Assembly: GCA_046757025.1 (NCBI GenBank)
Contig: JBHHXN010000087.1
Coordinates: 1 to 21,234, forward strand
Direction of reading: 5' to 3'
DNA from: a bacterium
Lineage (GTDB): Bacteria; Zhuqueibacterota; Zhuqueibacteria; Oceanimicrobiales; Oceanimicrobiaceae
Length of the DNA stretch: 21,234 nt
Shown here: in pieces, positions 17,718 to 21,234 of the stretch
Position numbering within the stretch: the stretch's first letter is position 1
Layout: every line of letters begins with the position of its first letter
Notes under the pieces: model-generated
Seen by the model: the letters and a program-made list of their open reading frames with translations, nothing else
Told to the model about the DNA's origin: nothing
Database searches by the model: none
Position numbers and translations under genes: made by a program

Positions 17718-18440
17718 ATGATCTCTTTTAATTTGAAAAATAAAGTCGCGGTGATCACGGGCGGCGCCGGCGGCATCGGTCAGGCCACCACTCGTTTGTT
17801 CGCCGACGCCGGCGCCCGGGTGGTGTGCGTGGATTTGCAGGCCCCGGCAGCGAACTTGCCGAATTGCCGTTATTTAAAAGCCGACATTGTCAATTTTGAA
17901 GAAGTCGATTCAATTGTGAAAAAAATCCTGCACGAAGAAAAGGCCGTGGATTACCTGATCAACAACGCCGGCATCTCCCGGGATGCACCGGTCTGGCGAA
18001 TGAACGAACAAGAGTGGGATACGGTTTTGCAAGTCAATTTGAAAGGCGCGTTCAATTTTATTCACCATTTGGCGCCGCATTTCAGAGAGCAGAACCACGG
18101 GAAAATCGTGAACGTGTCGTCCATCAACGGCATGCGCGGAAAATTCGGCCTGGCCAATTATGCCGCTTCCAAAGCAGGTTTGATCGGGCTCACCAAAACC
18201 GTGGCCAAAGAGCTGGGACGGTACCACGTCAACGTGAACGCGGTGGCGCCGGGGTACGTCATCACGCCCCTCACTCAAAATTTACCGAAAAAAATCATCG
18301 ATGGCGCCCGCGAGGAAACCGTTTTGGGACGACTGGCAGATCCTTCCGATGTGGCGCACTTAATCTTGTTTTTATGCTCGGAGCTGGCGCGCCACATCAC
18401 CGGCGAAGTCATCAAAATTGACGGAGGTCAGTACATTTAA
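17718..18440 (+). CDS. Short-chain dehydrogenase/reductase (FabG-like; BzdZ-like by context)
   Basis: TGGAGGIG, NNAG, SS, YAASK and NAVAPG motifs. Asp at the end of beta-2 (VCVD) suggests NAD(H) preference. Confidence 0.85.
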   Translation: MISFNLKNKVAVITGGAGGIGQATTRLFADAGARVVCVDLQAPAANLPNCRYLKADIVNFEEVDSIVKKILHEEKAVDYLINNAGISRDAPVWRMNEQEWDTVLQVNLKGAFNFIHHLAPHFREQNHGKIVNVSSINGMRGKFGLANYAASKAGLIGLTKTVAKELGRYHVNVNAVAPGYVITPLTQNLPKKIIDGAREETVLGRLADPSDVAHLILFLCSELARHITGEVIKIDGGQYI

Positions 18441-18483
18441 AAAATAATTTTTAACGCTAAATAGGATATTTTTATCCTGGATG

Positions 18484-18539
18484 AAACCTTCCCGGTCTCA
18501 AAGATGAAACCTTCCAGGTCTTTGAGACCTGGAAGGTTT
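18484..18539. repeat. REP-like palindrome with a truncated inverted copy
   Basis: AAACCTTCCAGGTCT-TTG-AGACCTGGAAGGTTT (18507-18539) is a perfect 15-bp stem. It is preceded by AAACCTTCCCGGTCTCAAAGA (18484-18504), the first 21 nt of its reverse complement with 1 mismatch. Confidence 0.75.
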
Positions 18540-18575
18540 GAGAATCAGGTTTCAAGAAGCTAAATGGAGAAAAGA

Positions 18576-19748
18576 ATGACCATGCAAAAGCAGATTTTCG
18601 AAGGCTGGCAGGGCAAATCCCTGGAGGACATTTTGAGCTATTGTCGAGATCTTGTAGAGGATCCAGACTATCTTACCGTTCGTCGCTGGCGCGAACAGGG
18701 GGGCAAAGTGGTTGGCCATTTCCAGGTTTACTTTCCAGAGGAAATCGCCCACGCCGCCGGTTTGCTGCCGCTGAAAATTCGGGGCGCTCAGGTGGAGGGT
18801 ATGGAATCGGAATCGCACTTTGGCTCCTATCTCTGTTCCATCATCAAAACCTCACTGGAACTGGCGTTAACCCATAAAATCGAGCTGGAGATGTTTGTGA
18901 CGCATCCTATATGCGATGCCGCGCGCAATCTGGCGGCCATCTGGGGACGCAATTTCCCATACAAATGTCAGATTTTGTATTTACCACAAAATCCCAACTC
19001 CCATTTCTCCGCAACGTATTTGCGCAGTGAATACGATCGGCTCAAACATGACCTGGAAGCTGTGGCTGGTCAAAAAGTCAGCGATGAAGCGCTAAGAAAT
19101 TCCATCGCGCTTTACAATGAAAGCCGGGCGCTCCTGCGCGAACTTTACGACATCAAAAGAGAAACCCCCTGGCTGCTCTCCGCAGAGGATGCCTTCGTTC
19201 TAACCGCTTTGGCCGGTTTTCTGCCTAAAGAAGAATACAATCCTTTTATTCGGGAAGTTCTGCCCATGATAAGACAGCGCTCAACCAAAAAACAGGACAA
19301 AATGCGCGTGGTTTTTGAAGGCGGATTTTGCGAGCAGCCGCCCATCGATCTGCTGCAAACCATCGACCGCTCTTGTTACCTGGTGGATGACGATCTCATG
19401 ATCGGTTTGCGCTACTTTTTGGAAGACGTGCCGGCGGACGGCGATCCGCTGTACAATCTGGCCGAAGCTTACATCGAAAATTCCACCTACAGCCCGGTGC
19501 AGCACGACTTGCGCAAGCCCAAAGAAAAAATGCTGCTCGAACGCGTGAAAAAAGCCAAAGCCGAAGCGGTCATCGTCACCGCCGCCAAAATGTGCGAACC
19601 CGGTCTGGAAGAACAGGTCACTTACAGCAAGATGCTGGACGCCGAAGGCATTCCCTATTTTATCAGCGAGTTTGAAGAAAACCAGACCACGTTCGATCAT
19701 CTGGGTATTCAGCTCGAAACGTTTGTGGAAAACATACTATTTAGTTGA
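18576..19748 (+). CDS. bcrC: Class I benzoyl-CoA reductase subunit C (BcrC/BadD-like; 2-hydroxyacyl-CoA dehydratase family)
   Basis: Start likely 18576 after [50 protein letters not shown] and KMCEP align by eye with recalled BcrC motifs. Sits with had/oah/dch. Confidence 0.85.
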   Translation: MTMQKQIFEGWQGKSLEDILSYCRDLVEDPDYLTVRRWREQGGKVVGHFQVYFPEEIAHAAGLLPLKIRGAQVEGMESESHFGSYLCSIIKTSLELALTHKIELEMFVTHPICDAARNLAAIWGRNFPYKCQILYLPQNPNSHFSATYLRSEYDRLKHDLEAVAGQKVSDEALRNSIALYNESRALLRELYDIKRETPWLLSAEDAFVLTALAGFLPKEEYNPFIREVLPMIRQRSTKKQDKMRVVFEGGFCEQPPIDLLQTIDRSCYLVDDDLMIGLRYFLEDVPADGDPLYNLAEAYIENSTYSPVQHDLRKPKEKMLLERVKKAKAEAVIVTAAKMCEPGLEEQVTYSKMLDAEGIPYFISEFEENQTTFDHLGIQLETFVENILFS

Positions 19749-19762
19749 TGGAGGTTTTTGAG

Positions 19763-21064
19763 ATGGTTAATAAAAACAGTAATCCGGCCAATGAGCTGGT
19801 GGGACGAGGCAACAGACAGGGCGCAGATCTTTTTCGGCAGTGGTTTCAGGAGCTGACCAGTGTAGCGGAGCAAGGCGGCAGCGCGGCCTATGTCTTTGTC
19901 ATGGGCAGCATGAACGAAATCCTGAAAACTTTTGATTTTCCCGTGGTTTTTCCGGAAATCAACTCCCTGCAAACCGCAGTGCGACGGGCAGCTCTGCAGC
20001 TGCTCAACGAGGCCGAGGACTACGGTTTCTCACCCGACATCTGCGGTTATGTCAAAGCTGACGTGGCGGTGCAGTTAAAAGGCGGGCAGCATCCCATGGG
20101 CAAAATCCCCAAACCCGGCATTGCGGTGCTCACCAACGCCTGCAACACTTACATCAAGTGGGCTGAGATTTGGGAACGCCTGTACGATATTCCCATTTTC
20201 ACCATCGATATTCCCGGAACCCGGGCGGCCGGCGCCCAGAGCTGGCAGGGCGATGACAGTTTTGAAAACGATCGCCGCTATGTCGCAGAGCAAATCAAAG
20301 AGCTGATCAAACTATGTGAAAAAGTCAGCGGCAAAAAATTCGACATCGACAAATTTCGCCAGGTGCTGAGTTACGCCAACGACATGAGTCGCGGCTGGCA
20401 CCAGCTTTTGGAGCTCAATCAGAAAAAACCCGCGGTTTTCAACGCCCTCACCGACGGCACCATCTATTTAGGTGTGGCCAATGGGCTGCGCGGTACCAAA
20501 GAAGGCAGCCAATTTTTCACGGACCTGGTGGAAGAAATGAAGCACAAATCGGAGCACGGAATCGGCAGTTTGACCGAAGAACAATTTCGTCTGTTTTTTG
20601 TGGGCGTACCCTGCTACCCGATTTTTCGACGTTTCAATGAATTCTTCACCGAATGGGGCGGCGTGTTCGTGCATTCCACGTACCTCTGGTTTGCGTCTGG
20701 CGGCACCAATCTCGGATTCGAGTACGACCTGGCCAACCCCATCGACAGCCTGGCCGAAGGCGTGCTCATCAGCGTGCGTGACGCTATGGACAGCATGTTT
20801 CACCAGCAGCAGGCCATTCTATCGCTGGCGGATCCTTTTCACATCGATGGCGTGGTTTACCACCCCATTAAAAGCTGCCGCACCGTGTCCACCGGTCTGG
20901 CCGACGGACGGCGCTATGTGATGGAAAACCGAGACCTTCCCACGCTGTTTATCGAATCGGATCTCATGGACAAGCGGGTAGTTTCAGAAGCGCAGATGAA
21001 AAATCGTATCGACGCTTTTTTTGAAGGCCTGAACTCACGTAAGCAGTTAGAAGCGGCCGTTTGA
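19763..21064 (+). CDS. bcrB: Class I benzoyl-CoA reductase subunit B (BcrB/BadE-like)
   Basis: Start likely 19763 after GGAGG. FVMGSMNE, FPEIN, SPDICGYVKAD, ACNTYIKW, SGKKFDIDK, IKSC and FIESDLMD.R..S.A..KNR. Three Cys candidates for a [4Fe-4S] cluster. Confidence 0.85.
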   Translation: MVNKNSNPANELVGRGNRQGADLFRQWFQELTSVAEQGGSAAYVFVMGSMNEILKTFDFPVVFPEINSLQTAVRRAALQLLNEAEDYGFSPDICGYVKADVAVQLKGGQHPMGKIPKPGIAVLTNACNTYIKWAEIWERLYDIPIFTIDIPGTRAAGAQSWQGDDSFENDRRYVAEQIKELIKLCEKVSGKKFDIDKFRQVLSYANDMSRGWHQLLELNQKKPAVFNALTDGTIYLGVANGLRGTKEGSQFFTDLVEEMKHKSEHGIGSLTEEQFRLFFVGVPCYPIFRRFNEFFTEWGGVFVHSTYLWFASGGTNLGFEYDLANPIDSLAEGVLISVRDAMDSMFHQQQAILSLADPFHIDGVVYHPIKSCRTVSTGLADGRRYVMENRDLPTLFIESDLMDKRVVSEAQMKNRIDAFFEGLNSRKQLEAAV

Positions 21065-21137
21065 AATCGAATTAAGTTTGATATTTATATTGGTCAACTA
21101 AACAACAATGATTCGAATTCTGCAAAAGAAAATGACA

Positions 21138-21167
21138 GAGGGGTATTCAGGCTTTAGCTTGCCCCTC
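21138..21167. repeat. Hairpin / REP-like element downstream of bcrB
   Basis: GAGGGGTA-TTCAGGCTTTAGCT-TGCCCCTC forms an 8-bp stem with one G-T pair. Confidence 0.45.
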
Positions 21168-21174
21168 AACCTAA

Positions 21175-21234
21175 AGAGGCTGTGTGAAAACATGGTAAAA
21201 CAAGCCTCTGGCTTGTTAAAACAGGTCTATAATT
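21175..21234 (+). mobile_element. Possible end of a MITE/IS-like element with an internal palindrome (truncated by the window edge)
   Basis: GAGGCTGTGTGAAAAC resembles IS1182-type terminal repeats (recall). It is followed by the perfect hairpin AACAAGCC-TCT-GGCTTGTT (21199-21217). Confidence 0.3.

Noticed and set aside
1..21234. CRISPR array, tRNA or rRNA genes
   Set aside because: No regularly spaced direct repeats, cloverleaf or rRNA-like sequence seen by eye.

Overview
Bacterial chromosomal window of moderate GC from a diderm organism. A TonB-dependent receptor + DUF4249-like pair, strong AGGAG Shine-Dalgarno use and TTGACA-type promoters suggest an FCB-related lineage such as KSB1/Calditrichota (inference only). 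Left to right: (1) a minus-strand TonB-dependent receptor / lipoprotein pair; (2) a divergent htpX-ftsH protease pair behind a sigma54 promoter with an adjacent IHF site; (3) glnA, queD, a 3-Cys Rrf2 regulator and an uncharacterised 410-aa radical SAM enzyme; (4) a ~3 kb AT-rich accessory patch with a frameshifted beta-barrel/lipoprotein gene, a GlsB/YeaQ protein, an unannotated 46-aa membrane ORF, a Zn-ribbon membrane protein and an HTH-like remnant; (5) an anaerobic benzoyl-CoA dearomatisation cluster: had-oah-GNAT-dch-SDR-bcrC-bcrB. The ATPase subunits bcrA/D are not in the window. The most notable aspects are a divergent class I benzoyl-CoA reductase in an apparently non-proteobacterial background and a possible BadL/BadM-like (GNAT + Rrf2) control circuit. 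The had promoter has an operator palindrome and shares identical -35/-10 hexamers with the radical SAM promoter. All family assignments come from motif recognition and recall, not database searches.
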